In this document: one piece after another, positions 12,420 to 25,867 of the stretch | Layout of the letters: the number at the start of each line of letters is the position of its first letter | How positions within the stretch are numbered: the stretch's first letter is position 1 | From: Amoebidium appalachense | Taxonomy: Eukaryota > Protista > Ichthyosporea | Reading direction: 5' to 3' | NCBI GenBank assembly: GCA_963693365.1 | Contig: CAVNZM010000018.1 | Span: 739,861 to 803,860, forward strand | DNA: 64,000 nt | Notes under the pieces: model-generated | What the model saw: only the letters and a program-made list of their open reading frames with translations | The model's database searches: none | What the model was told of the DNA's origin: nothing | Translations under genes and position numbers: made by a program

Positions 12420-15400
12420 AAGGTGGAGATGAGAAGAATGCAAAGGTTTCTTCACATGGTCATGGCATGGCTGCATACACTGGTGACCACACAGACTATG
12501 TCTCTCGTATGAACTTTAAGCAAAACTATCCACCATAGTTTGCATGTCATTCCAAAAAAAAAATAAGAGAGAAGAAGAAAAGGGGAAAAAAAGAATAATA
12601 GACAGAACTAAAACCCTTTCTCCTCACAAATGCAGCCACTACGCTTCAGCCTCTCCAATCCAAGGGTGCCCGGTGGGTGTGGGCGGCAGGCAGCCGCTGT
12701 GAGGCAAGTACTGCTCGCGAGGTTCTGTACCTGAGGTACAAGTTCACGGTTGGCCCTGGGGATGCCCCGGCCACGTGTGCACCGACAGACACAGTAAAGG
12801 CCACAGCAAAGGTGTTGGTGGTGGACTCGTGCAGGCCCCTGTGCAAGAATGTGACCACGTGCACGGCAGACCAGGTGTGTGTGTGCGTGTGCGTGTGCGT
12901 GTGAGTGTGCGTGTGTGTGTGTGTGCGCTTGTGTGCGTGCATGTGCATGTGCCTGTGCGCCCGAGCGCTCAACGCCGCCAACTCGTTCTTTTTCAGCCGC
13001 GCTCCCTGGTGATATGAACCCCATTCTGGTTTGTGGCCTCCTTCTGTTGCACATTTTTCTGAATGTGTTTCGCCGACAATCTACTGTTTTTGTAAAGGTA
13101 TTTAACAACGATTCTCTGCCACATCTCTAACACTCACTTCCCCAGTTCTTCAACCGCAACACGTGCGAATGTGAATGCCGCATCGAGCCCACATGTGCCG
13201 AGGGTGCGGACCTGAACACAGACACGTGCAGCTGCGTGTGCCTGCGCGACCCCAAGGAATGTCCCGCTGGCCTTGCGCTCAACAACGCCACGTGCGCATG
13301 CGAGCCTGTCTGTAGCGCCACGGTCCAATCAGAATGCATGAAGCAGCAATGTTCCCCCGACACAAACGTTAACAGCACCACATGGTGTGTGTGGCGTGAT
13401 AACAGGTGCCGCTGCCCAGATAACGACTGTATGCTGAGGGAGGCGCAGTCGGCAGCAACTTGCCCCACAAAGAGCTATACGCTGGAAGAGGAGACGAAGA
13501 AATGTGTGTGGTCGCCGTTTTTGAATCGGTGCGACATGGGATGCACGCTGCAGGCCTCCGACTGCCAGGCGGCCAATGGGACGGCGGCATTGCTGACCCC
13601 CGACTATGACAACTGCACCTGCGCTTGCCCCCTGCGGCCTACCGACTGCCAGGTATTAATAATAATGCATCATATTTCCACCACATGCACATCAGATGCA
13701 CCTATTTCTTAGCTCACATCACCATTATGCGCACACACACGACCGTGTCTTTTTTACTTCATTGTGGCAGTCCTTTCCTCTTACCTCATACATTCGTTGC
13801 TATCTCTTTGAATGTGCAGCATTTCCCTGTGCACCAAACCCAGTCCAAACAAGGTGTATCACCATTTGTACACCATTGTGGTGGTTTTTCTCCTCGCCAT
13901 TTATTCATAGACATCCACACCATTGTACAGTAGCATTCTTCATCCCCGGCCCACAGAAAGTACATGACCATTGACCAACCAAGTGTGCTGACCCTTTTTG
14001 TGCACATGCAGGCGCCAAAGGTCCTTGACAGCAGAACGTGCCAGTGTGTGTGCAGTGCCGCAAGCACGTGCCCCCTAGGCACCGTGCTCGTGCGCACAGA
14101 CACTGGCTGCAGCTGCCAGGCCGCATGTAACGCCACGAGCCAATCAGAATGCACGGCCATGGACTGCCCATCCAGCAACGCCACCAACACACGTGCGTGC
14201 GTGTGGCTCGGGTCATCGTGTGGGTGTGCCGCAAACATCTGCCAGAACAATCGAGACATGGACTCGTGCATCAGTGGTGGGTGTGTGTGGAACCCTGCTC
14301 TCGGGCTGTGCAACACCACGTGCGCTGCAAACGGCACCTGTATCGACATTGCGCCGGGTAAAGGCCCGCAGGCGTGCAGTCTTGCGTGCCAAGCAGGGCA
14401 GGTACTCAATACGACTTCGTGCGAGTGTGTGGCCCTGTGTGACGCCAGCAAAGCCACATGCCAGCACCCCTTCAGCCTCAACACCACCACGTGCATGTGC
14501 CAGTGCAACACCACGGCTGCACAGGCCGATCAATGCACCGGCCCAGGGCTGGTGTTTGATTCTGCCGTGTGTGCATGCAAGTGCAATCTGACGGATAACG
14601 CCTGCCCGGCCGGTATGGCGCTAAACACGGACAGATGCGAGTGTCAGCCGGCATGCAGTGCCGCTGACGAGGCCACGTGTGTGCAGCTAGATTGCCCCTT
14701 GGCCTTCATGGCTAACACCGCGTCCGGAGCAAGGCCCCGCGGGCAGTGCGTGTGGAGGGAGGGTGCGTGCACGTGCCCCAAGAACACGTGCCAGATGGCG
14801 GCCCACAGCAGCAACAATGCCACCTGCGGCACTATGCTTGCGTCGTGTCGCCGTACAGCCGGCCAGGCGTGTGTGTTTACACCGACCACAAAGACGTGTG
14901 ACTGCGAGTGCCGGCTGACGGAGAGGGATTGCCCCGGGACGTTTATCCCCGACCGTACCAAGTGCCAGTGTGTGTGCCCGTTGGTGTGCCCCACGGCCAC
15001 GCACGTGCTCAACGCCGAAAGGTGCAAATGTGTTCCCAAGAGATTCGCTACCACCACTACAAATCCCCCGGAGCAAACGGCAAACCCACCCAGACCACCG
15101 GATGTCAAGCCCGACCAAGTCCCTGCACCCCAACCACTACCCCCAAACAACGGAAACAACGGGAACAACGCGAATAGCAACAACGGAAACACAAATCCCG
15201 GGAATAACGGGAACGTAAATCCTGGGAATAACGCGAACGGCAACAACGCGAACGTAAATCCCGGTAATAACGGGAACGTAAACCCGGGGAACAATGGGAA
15301 CAGCAACAACGGAAACGTAAATCCTGGGAACAATGGGAACGTAAATCCTGGGAACAATGGGAACAGCGGAAACTCCGGCAATAGCGGAATTCCAAACAAC

Positions 15401-15940
15401 GGGAACAACATGCACGGGAACCTACACCTCGAAAATAACGTGTTGCAGGCGGCGATTAGCCGTCTGGTCGTGACCACCACCACCCAACCACCCCTGCCCT
15501 TGGCCACCATCGTGCCCTCAAAGAACCCCCCTGCTGCAAATTTCAACACAGCACTGGCACCGAATCTTCCCCCCCAGGTTCCACCTCCAGCACCCATGGT
15601 GCCGCAGATTCCGACGATTGTTGTTCCGCCAATTGCACCCCTCCCACCAACCCAGGCCGCGGTTCCCGTCTCTCCCCCAACAACTACAGGCGCCATTGGG
15701 TCCCTACCCGGTATAAATCCGATTATGGTACCTCCAGCTACCACCATCGCCACTACTGCTACTGAACCAACGACCACTACGACTGCCACCACCACCGCAC
15801 AGCCAACAACAACGACCACCACCACAACCACAACTACAACTATCGAGCCCACCACCACAACCAGCACTACTACTGAACCCCCTGCCAACCAAAGTACCGA
15901 CTCCACCCCAGTCGGAAACAGTGATGCCGCGGTGAGGTGA
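10173..15940 (+). CDS. Secreted Cys-rich multidomain protein, 1187 aa: cystine-knot-like modules, CBM67-like lectin domain, CXCXC repeats, Gly-Asn repeats, Pro/Thr tail
   Basis: Seven GT-AG exons, 10173-10486, 10910-11224, 11545-11681, 12049-12171 (alternative in-frame acceptor at 12022), 12636-12874, 13146-13652 and 14012-15940, sum to 3564 nt in one open frame. Signal-peptide-like MKVCPFLLLAAGTLG, many N-x-S/T sites, repeats such as FNRNTCECEC, LNTDTCSCVC, LNAERCKCV. No TM segment seen. Confidence 0.88.
15146..15410 (+). repeat. Coding Gly/Asn repeat, (NPGNNGNV)-like units
   Basis: Imperfect repeats of AATCCTGGGAACAATGGGAACGTA in exon 7 of the secreted protein. Confidence 0.9.
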
Positions 15941-16757
15941 CGGGCCAATTTTCCGAGGGGGGATTTTTAGGGAAAGCATCAAATGTGTACACTGCGCAGC
16001 GGCCCTAATGCACAAAACGCAGGGCATGCAGGATTTGTAATCATCTAATTATTTAAGGAATATATTGATGGATTTGTTTGTAGTGCACATTCCATACATA
16101 GTTGCTCTATGATGTAATTTAAGAGATATGATACTTCTTAATCAGACACTGGGATTGGATTTAATCAGACACTGGGATTGGAGGGGATCAGGCTTTCGAA
16201 AATTCCGAATGACAGTCACAATCATTAGTTGAACAATAGGAAACACACCAAGAGCTAGACTTGTATATAGACATACACAGAGGCATACATATGTTGATGC
16301 CAGCATATGAAGGGCAGTCGACAGGGTGAACACACGCTGGCTGGCCCGGCTATCAACCCAATCAACACCCCAGTGGGGACACATGATTGCAATCCAGAGT
16401 AAACAAACAGCTGTTTATTTTATACAGTGTGTGTAAGTGCATAGTGTGTGTGCCGGTGAACTCAAGACAAGTAGGCGGGAATGGGCAGTCTCGGATGAAT
16501 GGCATAGGCGCCCCTTCCCTATAGCGCCGCTAATATAGGCGTCAAAGTCAGAATTTTGATATATCTGCAGCACCAGTGCTGTGGCACAGGGGTGCAGCAA
16601 TACACACCTGTGCAAGCCCAAAGGTGTTTGTTCCTGTAACCACATGGATATGGATCATGTTTGACTACAGAGTACTGCAGCCATTTGACTACTGTAGGCG
16701 GGGCCCAGCTGCAATTGATTATAACGTACCAGCGATTATGTCGCATATGGCCAACAA

Positions 16758-16800
<43 letters not shown>

Positions 16801-16803
16801 ACC

Positions 16804-16843
<40 letters not shown>

Positions 16844-16886
16844 ACCCGGGGCCACCACGTCACCACCCGCGACATATGGCCAAAAA

Positions 16887-16943
<57 letters not shown>

Positions 16944-17176
16944 ACACACACACCACCACCACCACCACCACTTAAAAAAGGGTGTCATATGTGTGTGCGT
17001 TTGTGAAGAGGTAATGAGTGTGCACGTGTGTGTGTCACCACGTGCATGTGCGTGTTTTGGTGTGTGGCCGATCGCGCGGGCAGGGGTGCACTCTCTCATC
17101 ATAGAACGAGGAAAATATCTTCATGACTAATCCAAACTGCCAATGCAAGAGTCATTGTGGGCCCCGAGGCCCCCAG

Positions 17177-17208
<32 letters not shown>

Positions 17209-17387
17209 TTCCCCCTCCTCACCAAGCCCCCTCCCTTCCCCCCCACCTCTGCCCTCCTCCACTAAACACAAGCACACACGGTTAATCGGTGCAAGCGGAT
17301 GCCAGCTGCAGCCATATCCCAGCTCAACCACACCACATCTTTGAATATTCAGTACACGTGCATGTCACTGATCACCGGGATCCCCCC

Positions 17388-17424
<37 letters not shown>

Positions 17425-18355
17425 ACCAAAAAAACACCCCCCTCCTCCCCCCCCCCTCAAACACCCCTCAGCCCCCCCTCCCCCCTCCCCCCCCCCCCCC
17501 CCCCCTCCCCCCTTCAACCACCACCACCACCACCCACCCACCCACCCACCCACCCACCCCACTTCCATTTTCCTTTTTGGCAAGTGCCCATTGCACGTGG
17601 TGATAGTTTTTTATTGATGAAGCCGCCGTGGAACATTTCTAATCTTGTTAGATAGATGATAGTATTTGTATATATGACATATAGATATTGACCATAATTT
17701 ATGCTCTGCCGTAGCTGCTCGACGGCGCCAGCCTTATATTACAGTATATGCTATTGGTATCTTATTATGTGGCCACTAGGTGATACATGTAAAATTTATA
17801 ATATGGGTATTAGATAGCATATAGACTATATAAGTTGCAACGACAGCAAGGGTTGTATGCCTTATTTCCCTTTCTGTTGTCACGGCCAAGCTTATCGTGC
17901 CTATAAAATCTTCCATAAGTTCACCGTTCTCTAACAAAATTGACCGTTGTCTAACAAAAAACCTTTATGGCTCCCATAAACAGTTAGCAAAACGAGTTAT
18001 GCGTGCCATAAACATTAACCTACTTCGTGTATGTCGGCTTAAGGAAGATGTGGAATAGGGGCTTGCTGGTCCAATGTCTGCACTCCATCTTTTCGGCTTT
18101 AAAGCCGTAGGTAGGTGCAACCTGTGTGTGTACGTGTGAGTCAGTGAGTGAGTGTGTGTGCGTGCAAGTGAGTGGGTGGGTGGGTGAGTGAGTGTGTGGG
18201 TGGGTGGGTGGAGGACTGAGTGGGTGAGTGAGTGGGTGAGTGTGTGTGTGTGTCTGTGTCTGTGTACATGTCTGCTGTATAGGAGTGTTTATTTGTGTGT
18301 GTGCGTGTTTCTGTGTGTGTGTTTCTGTGTGTGTTTCTGTGTGTGTGTGTGTGTG

Positions 18356-18421
<66 letters not shown>

Positions 18422-18438
18422 CGCGAGTGTGAGCACGC

Positions 18439-18473
<35 letters not shown>

Positions 18474-19159
18474 ACGGGCATGTGTGCGTGTGTGTGTGCG
18501 TGTGTGTGTGGGTGTGGGTGTGTGTGTGCAGACGGGCATGTGTGTGTGTGTGTGTGTGTGCGACGGGCATGTGTGTGTGTGTGTGTGCGTGTGTGTGCGT
18601 GCGCGCACGCGCACATCATACGCTTTTGAGTGTGTGTGTGTGTGTGTGTGCATAGGCGGGCGTACGTGTGTGTGTGTGTGTGTGTGGGTGTTCGTGTGGT
18701 TTTGTGGTTATTGTGTGGTTGTTGGTTGTGTGTGGGTGTGCGTGATAAGCCGTTAGTGGCTGCACATGCACATAATTGTGTGGATGTGTGCACGTGCCCA
18801 TGGGCTGGGCATACTTGCTCTTCCCTAATAACCTTTTATATAAAACGTAGAGGAAAAAGCTTAATGCATGTGTTTGGGGAATAAAATTGTACGCGAAAGG
18901 GTTTGAGTCAAGCACACACACACATCCGAACACACATGCACACACCCAGCTAACTCCCACATGTACATACGCTCACACGATCATGAACATAAGGAACTTC
19001 GGAACAAGGAAGCCCCCCCCCCCCACCCCAACCACCTCCCCCCCTCCCTCCCCCCCCCCCCCCCCCCCCACCCCACACACGCACATGCACAATATATATA
19101 TATATACTGATATATATTTAGACCACAAGTACAAGAAAAACCGACCATAAAAACCCCTA

Positions 19160-19763
19160 CTAGCCTGTACGGCCCGGCCCTCGCGGGCCGGCCTTATACA
19201 CCACACGATTCAATGGCGAAAAGAAGAAAAAGAGAAAGAAAAAATAGAAAATGAACACAAAAAAACAAAGGAAAGAAAGGGGGGAGCGGGGGAAAGGGGT
19301 TTATAATAAAAAGCTAAAGTAAAAAAAACGAAGGAGTGCCGAGGACATTGCAAATACAGTACATTGACATCATTGATATAGCGTCTTGCCAAGCCCTATC
19401 CACGGCAAACCTTATACTTACCGCCATTTCCGAGCCAGGGGGTGCCTTATGGGGGGTTTCTTTTAGGCCGATTAATCGTCCCCATTCCAGCACATCCGGG
19501 TCAAACCAATTGCCCAGCATATAAATCAAAACCTGGAGCTGCAATCTTCTTCCTGATGCTTGATTATTATTTTCCCCTTCTTTCTTTTTTTTTTCTCTCT
19601 TTTTCTTTTGTCTTTTTGTTGTATTTTGGCGCATCTGTAACATGCTTCCGGCCAAACGATGGTGCGCAGCTGATGCGCAGCACGTCAATCACATAGCTAG
19701 AAATCCCTCTGACCCGACCCGACCCGGAAAGCTAAAAGAAACCCCCTTTATACTAAGAAATGA
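19160..19763 (-). mobile_element. Non-autonomous Helitron, 604 bp, inside a methyltransferase intron
   Basis: On the minus strand: 5' A|TCATTTCTTAGTATAAAG, 3' GC-rich hairpin (GGCCCGCGAGGGCC within GGCCGGCCCGCGAGGGCCGGGCC) followed by GTACAGGCTAG|T. It sits between A and T with no TSD. The 3' end is firmer than the 5' end. Confidence 0.7.
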
Positions 19764-20946
19764 TGGCGATACGGTTCACAATTCGATGCATATGAAATAA
19801 AAACTTTCAGAAAAAATATTATGAATATATGGATAATATTTTTGTAATAGAATAAGAAAGTAAAGATAATTTCTTGAAAAATCACCGGAATCGGCACGGA
19901 ACATTACATAGTCCAATGCTGCACTATGCACTTCAGAATGTCAAATGTAAAACTATCCGTGTCATGATTCTGGCCGCTGCCTTCAAGTTGTAAACATAGA
20001 CAGATGGATTGATATTGGGATATAGTGCGGGATGACATCAGGCCTTGATGTAAGATACATTTGAGATAAATAAAGGATACTGGCCAAAACGTTTTGGGAT
20101 AGATTTATCGGTATGAGAGAGGCCGTGCGCGCGCGCGCGCGCGTGGTCGAGACTGGAGAATCTGTCAAAGACGTACCTGACCTTGAGCCAAAATTTTAGT
20201 TCAAGTCTACTTTTAAATTGTTTTAAACAAAAAATAACCTGAAGCGGACCAATCGCAGCAACTAAGTAACCATGCACTAAAGGCACGGTGTGACGTCACA
20301 AAAATGTAGCTCAACAGCGCGTGCGGGCAAACGATGCCAAGCCCAACTATATAGCTTTTAGCCGGGGGAAAGGGTGGGAAGGAATGGTGGGTGTGGTAAA
20401 GCACTGGCTATTGTGTTCGAATACAACATTCAACACGTGACAACACAACACATTTTTTATTATTAGGCTATTGTTATATTGTTATTATTATTATTAGTAG
20501 TAGTTATTACGAGCATCATTATCATCTTTATCAGTTACTCGAGGCAAAAGGGAGACCAGTCTCAGGTGTGTGGGGTTTTTTCATTTATTTTTTGCGGGGG
20601 GGAAGGGGGGGGGGGGGGGGTTTGAACGCGTCATAAAGTACGAAGTACATAAGAACAAGGAGGGGAGGGGGGGGGGGGGGGGAGGGGAGTGAGGGGGGAG
20701 AGGGGAGGGGGGAGTGGAGGGGGGGAGTGGAGGGGGGGAGGGGAGGGGGGGGGGGGGGGGGGGCACGGCAGTTTGCCGGTACCTTGAGCAAAGCGTTCAT
20801 TGGCTTGCAATCACATGGCCCGTTGGTTTGAGAAGGAGACAGAGGGTGGAGAGAAGGGCAGAGCAGAGGTTGTCCTTGCAGCATGAGTGTCTGTGTGTGG
20901 GTGCACGTGTAGGAGTGTGAGTGGTGTACGTGTACTGCGCCTGTTA

Positions 20947-20983
<37 letters not shown>

Positions 20984-20992
20984 TGTGTGTGC

Positions 20993-21023
<31 letters not shown>

Positions 21024-22230
21024 AGTGCGCATCATGCATGTCTGTGTAGTTCTGGACATGTGGCACCGGGGGGAGGGGGGAGGGGGAGGGGGGGGGGGGG
21101 GGGGGGGGGGGGGATCACAAAGTGGTCACGTGTTTGTGATTTGAAGGTCTGTGTGTGTGTTCGGAGTTGTGTGAGCAAGGGTGAAGAAGGTGCTTCTGCA
21201 TACACACAAAACTCAACAAATCACAGGAAAAAATGGAGCCCAATGAGCCCATTCCACCAGACACCCCCCCCCCCCCCCCCCCTCTCTCTCTCCCCCCCCC
21301 CCACAAACCCCCCTATTGTGTGTGTGTGTCTTACCATCCATCTGTTTTCCGGACAAAGTAACCATGACCACAGACCTCCTCCCCGCCCCCCGCCCCCCCC
21401 CTCTCCCCCCTACCCCCCCCCCCCCCCCTGCCTCCCCACGCACACCCAGCCAAAAACGAGCACAACCTGAGATGAAGTCTCAACCAGCCCCACCCCATCC
21501 CCCTCCACACACTCTCTCCCCCAGCTCCCAGGCTCTCGTCCCCTCCCCTCCCTCCCCCCTTGTCTACCCCCCTACCCGCCCCCCCCCCCCCCCCCCCCCC
21601 CTCCCCCCCCCCCCCCCTCCCCCCCCTCCCCGCCCTTCCTCCACCATTGCAGACACACAGATACCCACATCGAAAGTGACACAGAAAACATCCTCTCCAC
21701 ATTCACTCGCCAAAAAACACATGCACACACCAAAAGGGCTCAAGCAAAGAAACAACAAAGGCCAAAATATCATTCCAAAAAAAAAGAGAAACTTACGTCA
21801 TTAACACAAGAACGATTATATCAGAATAATTGAATGTATTCCTGTACCTTTACTCGAAGTCAAGCCCGTCCTATTATGATTAGACCCTTCCAATTCCTGC
21901 CCATCAACTCTGAAAAATACCCCGCACAACCCTCTCCTCCTGGTCCCCCCCCCCCCCTTTTGCAATCCCTCAAATCCCCCCCCCCCCCTCCCCTCCACCC
22001 CCCCACCCCCCCCCCCCCCCCCAAAAAAAAAAAAGAAAGAAAAAAAAACGAAATCCCCTCTTAAACCCTTCCCCCCTCCCCCTCCCCGTCCCACACCTTC
22101 CACCCTCCCCCCCCCCCCCTTCCCGCACACACACGCACACACAACCACCCTCCCCCCCCCCAAAAAAGCCCCCGCATCCCCCACCCCCTCCACACGCACT
22201 TCACCAACAGCATACCGTGCATGGTGAAAT

Positions 22231-22273
<43 letters not shown>

Positions 22274-22574
22274 AAAAAAAAAAAAATGAATAAGAAACAC
22301 CCACCCACCTGCCTCAAGTATGCCGTCACACTGCCCGTGCCTCTGCAAACTGCTCTGGGCACGCCCAATCCAAAGGGGCCACATCAATGAACTGGGCACA
22401 GACTGCACCGGTGCTCGCCGCAGATTTGACATTCCACCTCAGTACTGTAACGTTACTTAACGTTAGTGCTCGTATACATGGGATATCATAACTAACTAAA
22501 TTAAAACTAGGTTTTACAAGCCACCTTACAATCCAGATGCCCCCCCCACCCCCTCCCCCTCCTCCCCCTCCCCC

Positions 22575-22706
<132 letters not shown>

Positions 22707-23535
22707 AACAAAAATATGGAAAAAAGAGTGAGCCACACACCACCGTGTTTCTCAGTCATTTGGATCAAGAAACCACGTGCAGACAGGGGCAGGGGGCGGA
22801 GCAGGCGGGGAGGGGGGAGAAGGGGGGAGGGGGGGGGGGGGGGGGGTATGCATTGGAGCATTGCAAAGATGGATGAATAGGCATAAAATAAGCCACACAT
22901 AAACAAAACAGAAACCAAAGCAGTGTGCAGGCAGAAAACATCTCGAGGGAGCCCACCATCAAGGGGGCTCCCGTGCCTCCCTGAAAGAACCAGCTTCGAC
23001 CCTTAAGCCTCGTGCAAAGTCTCCTGCTCTTCTTCTTTTCTCTGCCTTTTCTTTTTTTTGCCCGTTCCCCTTCCCCCCTCCCCCCTTCCCCCCCTTTCTT
23101 TTCTTCGGGGTTTTCGGGTTTTGCTTTTCTTTCTTCCTTCCTTATTTCCTATTTCCCCTTTCCCCCCTTTCTCTTTTCTTTTCTTTTCTTTCCTTTTTTT
23201 TTTTTTTGGGGGGGGGGGGGGGGGGGAGGGGGGGGGAGGGGGGGGGGGGGGAGGGGGGGGGGGGGGGGGGGGGGGGGGTGGGGGGGGGGGGGGGGGGGCT
23301 GGGGGGGAATACTCTGAAGCACGTGCGAATTGCGGTCGTGAGGGTCACATTTGCCCCCCTCATAGCAGCAACCAATCCGGTGAGGCCTGGTGAGGCCTAT
23401 GCCTGCCGCCACCTCCAGCACATTTTGACCGTGGAAATAGTCTGCCGGCTGGTTTTCGAGATATCTGTGGGATATACCCATGTGAGCACAACCACGGCAA
23501 TGGCAATATAAAATTCTGAGAGAAAGAGCGAGAGA

Positions 23536-23572
<37 letters not shown>

Positions 23573-23613
23573 CGAAAGACAGACAGACAGAGAGAGAGGG
23601 GGGGGGGGGGGGG

Positions 23614-23743
<130 letters not shown>

Positions 23744-24155
23744 TAGAAACATGCCATCCTTGGGTATGATTTATTTTTCAGTGGTGTATACATTGTGTTA
23801 GGAAAGTCTGTCTCACGACTTAGATATATATGCACGCAGAATAATCAAGGTTTATCAGGAGTTTGTACCTGTCAAGAAGATATTTGGAGGGCTTTATCCT
23901 CAGATTTACACGGGGCAGAGGCCAGAACAAATGTAAGTAATGTTTGGTGTGGGGCTCGGTGAACTTAAAAAGGAAAAGGCAGGAGGTATCCACACATGCG
24001 AGATATTCAAGAAAATGTCTTGAGAAAACGTTTGTCTCGGTGCCTATGGCTCGGTTGAGGTGCCATGATCCTAAGCTTGCATCTGAACACAGTCTTACAC
24101 GTATGCCAATAAAAGTGCCCCCCCCCCCCCCCCCCCCAAAAAAAAAAAAAAAAAA

Positions 24156-24226
24156 AAGAAGAAGAAGAAGAAGAAGAAGAAGAAGAAGAAGAAGAAGAAG
24201 AAGAAGAAGAAGAGGAAGAGGAAGAA
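24156..24226. repeat. (GAA)n trinucleotide tract following poly-C and poly-A
   Basis: Direct reading. Confidence 0.95.
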
Positions 24227-24496
24227 TACGCAGCCTTGACGTGTTGATATCGTCATGGCTTTCGGGAAAGAAAAAAAACATAGGCTATAAGCTCAAAGGG
24301 GTGTATTCTTTGGCTGTGGATTAGAGAGAGAATTAACAGGAGTAGGGAGAGTAAGTAGAAGGAGAAGCCGAAATTGCGTAGGGGGGTGGATGAAGGATGA
24401 GAAGAGGGAGGGATGGGCATGTGTATGTGTTTGTGTGTGTGCGAACACTTGTGTAATGGTGGTGGTGGTGGTGGTGGTGGTGGTGGTGTGTGTGTG

Positions 24497-24543
<47 letters not shown>

Positions 24544-25410
24544 TAGGAAGGTAGGGGTTAAAGCCTGAGACATAGCAATAACAGGAAGAGGCAAGATCTC
24601 ACATAAAGAGGAAGAGACCACCCGAGAGGGGGTTGGAGGGGACCTAAAAAAGTCCCGGGAGGGGGGGTGGGGAGGGGGGCGGGGAGGGGGGGGGGGGGGG
24701 GGGGGGGGGGATAGGGCAGTTTGAGATTGGGGTTGGGGTCGTATAAGTTTATTAATTCGGAGAGGACGACGGGAAGGCGGCAAAGTGTTCTTGTGTGTAT
24801 GTGTGTGTGTTTGTGTGTTTGTGTGTTTGTGTGTGTGTGTGTTTGTGTGTGTGGATGTGTGTGAGCGTGCTCACACATCTGTGTTTTGGGGGGCACGCAA
24901 AGTGTGTAAGCAGGCATGCACCAAAGGGGAGGGTGGGGGTAGGGGTGAAGGTTGTTATAATATACCTCCTGAGTACAACGGCACCCTCCCAAACGTGGTT
25001 TCCGACGTCTCCATACCCATTCTCCAGTTTAAAGTTCCTGCCTTCAGAAAGGGAAAACCAGAAGTGGGGGCACAGAACCAACACCGTGCACGTGTTTGCG
25101 ACTTGTTCAACGTCTTTAGAATCGGCTTCGCTGGATGCTTGCTTTAAGGAGAGGTGAGCGTCATTGATCAATGAAGATATTTCGCACCGAATTCGTGAAA
25201 TGTGGTGTGGGTATGGTCGGAATGAGGTTTACAGGTGAGTGTTTTGCGCTTGTGGTTGGGTTTGTGATGATTGATGCTGCCTTACTGCCCAAATGTGGCA
25301 GTGTTGTCTGGTTGTGTGTTTCTTAAAGCGTATATGTGTTGATAGTGTGTGAGTAGAGAAGAATAAAAACTAGGAGAGAGAGCGAAAGAAAAAGAAAGAG
25401 GGATAGAGAA

Positions 25411-25442
<32 letters not shown>

Positions 25443-25867
25443 AAAAGAGAACAGGGGGAGGGGTTACGGAGAGACCGCGACGGACTAGGGGAGTGGACGG
25501 AGACGGGAAAGAGAGAGACAAGGGGAGTGAGAAAAAGAGAGAGATTGGGTGTAAGTTTGCTGCAGTAGTTCTTGTGTGCGAGACAAATTATGCAAAAGAG
25601 AGGGAGGTAGGAAGAGAGACAAAGAGGGGGATCACGAGGGGGATCGCGAGGGGGAGAGGGAGAGAAAGTACGTGGATGGGTGTGTGGGTGGGTGGCACGA
25701 CCAGTTCGCGGAATGTGTACATAGATGTGTTAATGTTCTTCCTGCAGATACTTGCAAAAGGATGCGTAGCACTGTACGTTGCAATAACTTTGTATGTCAC
25801 CAACGTATACTTGACGAAACGAATTGAAACCCTTCCGGCGGGCACATAAAACCTTTGAGCTTGTTAG

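Noticed and set aside
14644-15948. 434-aa minus-strand ORF
   Set aside because: Antisense shadow of the low-complexity exon 7 of the secreted protein.
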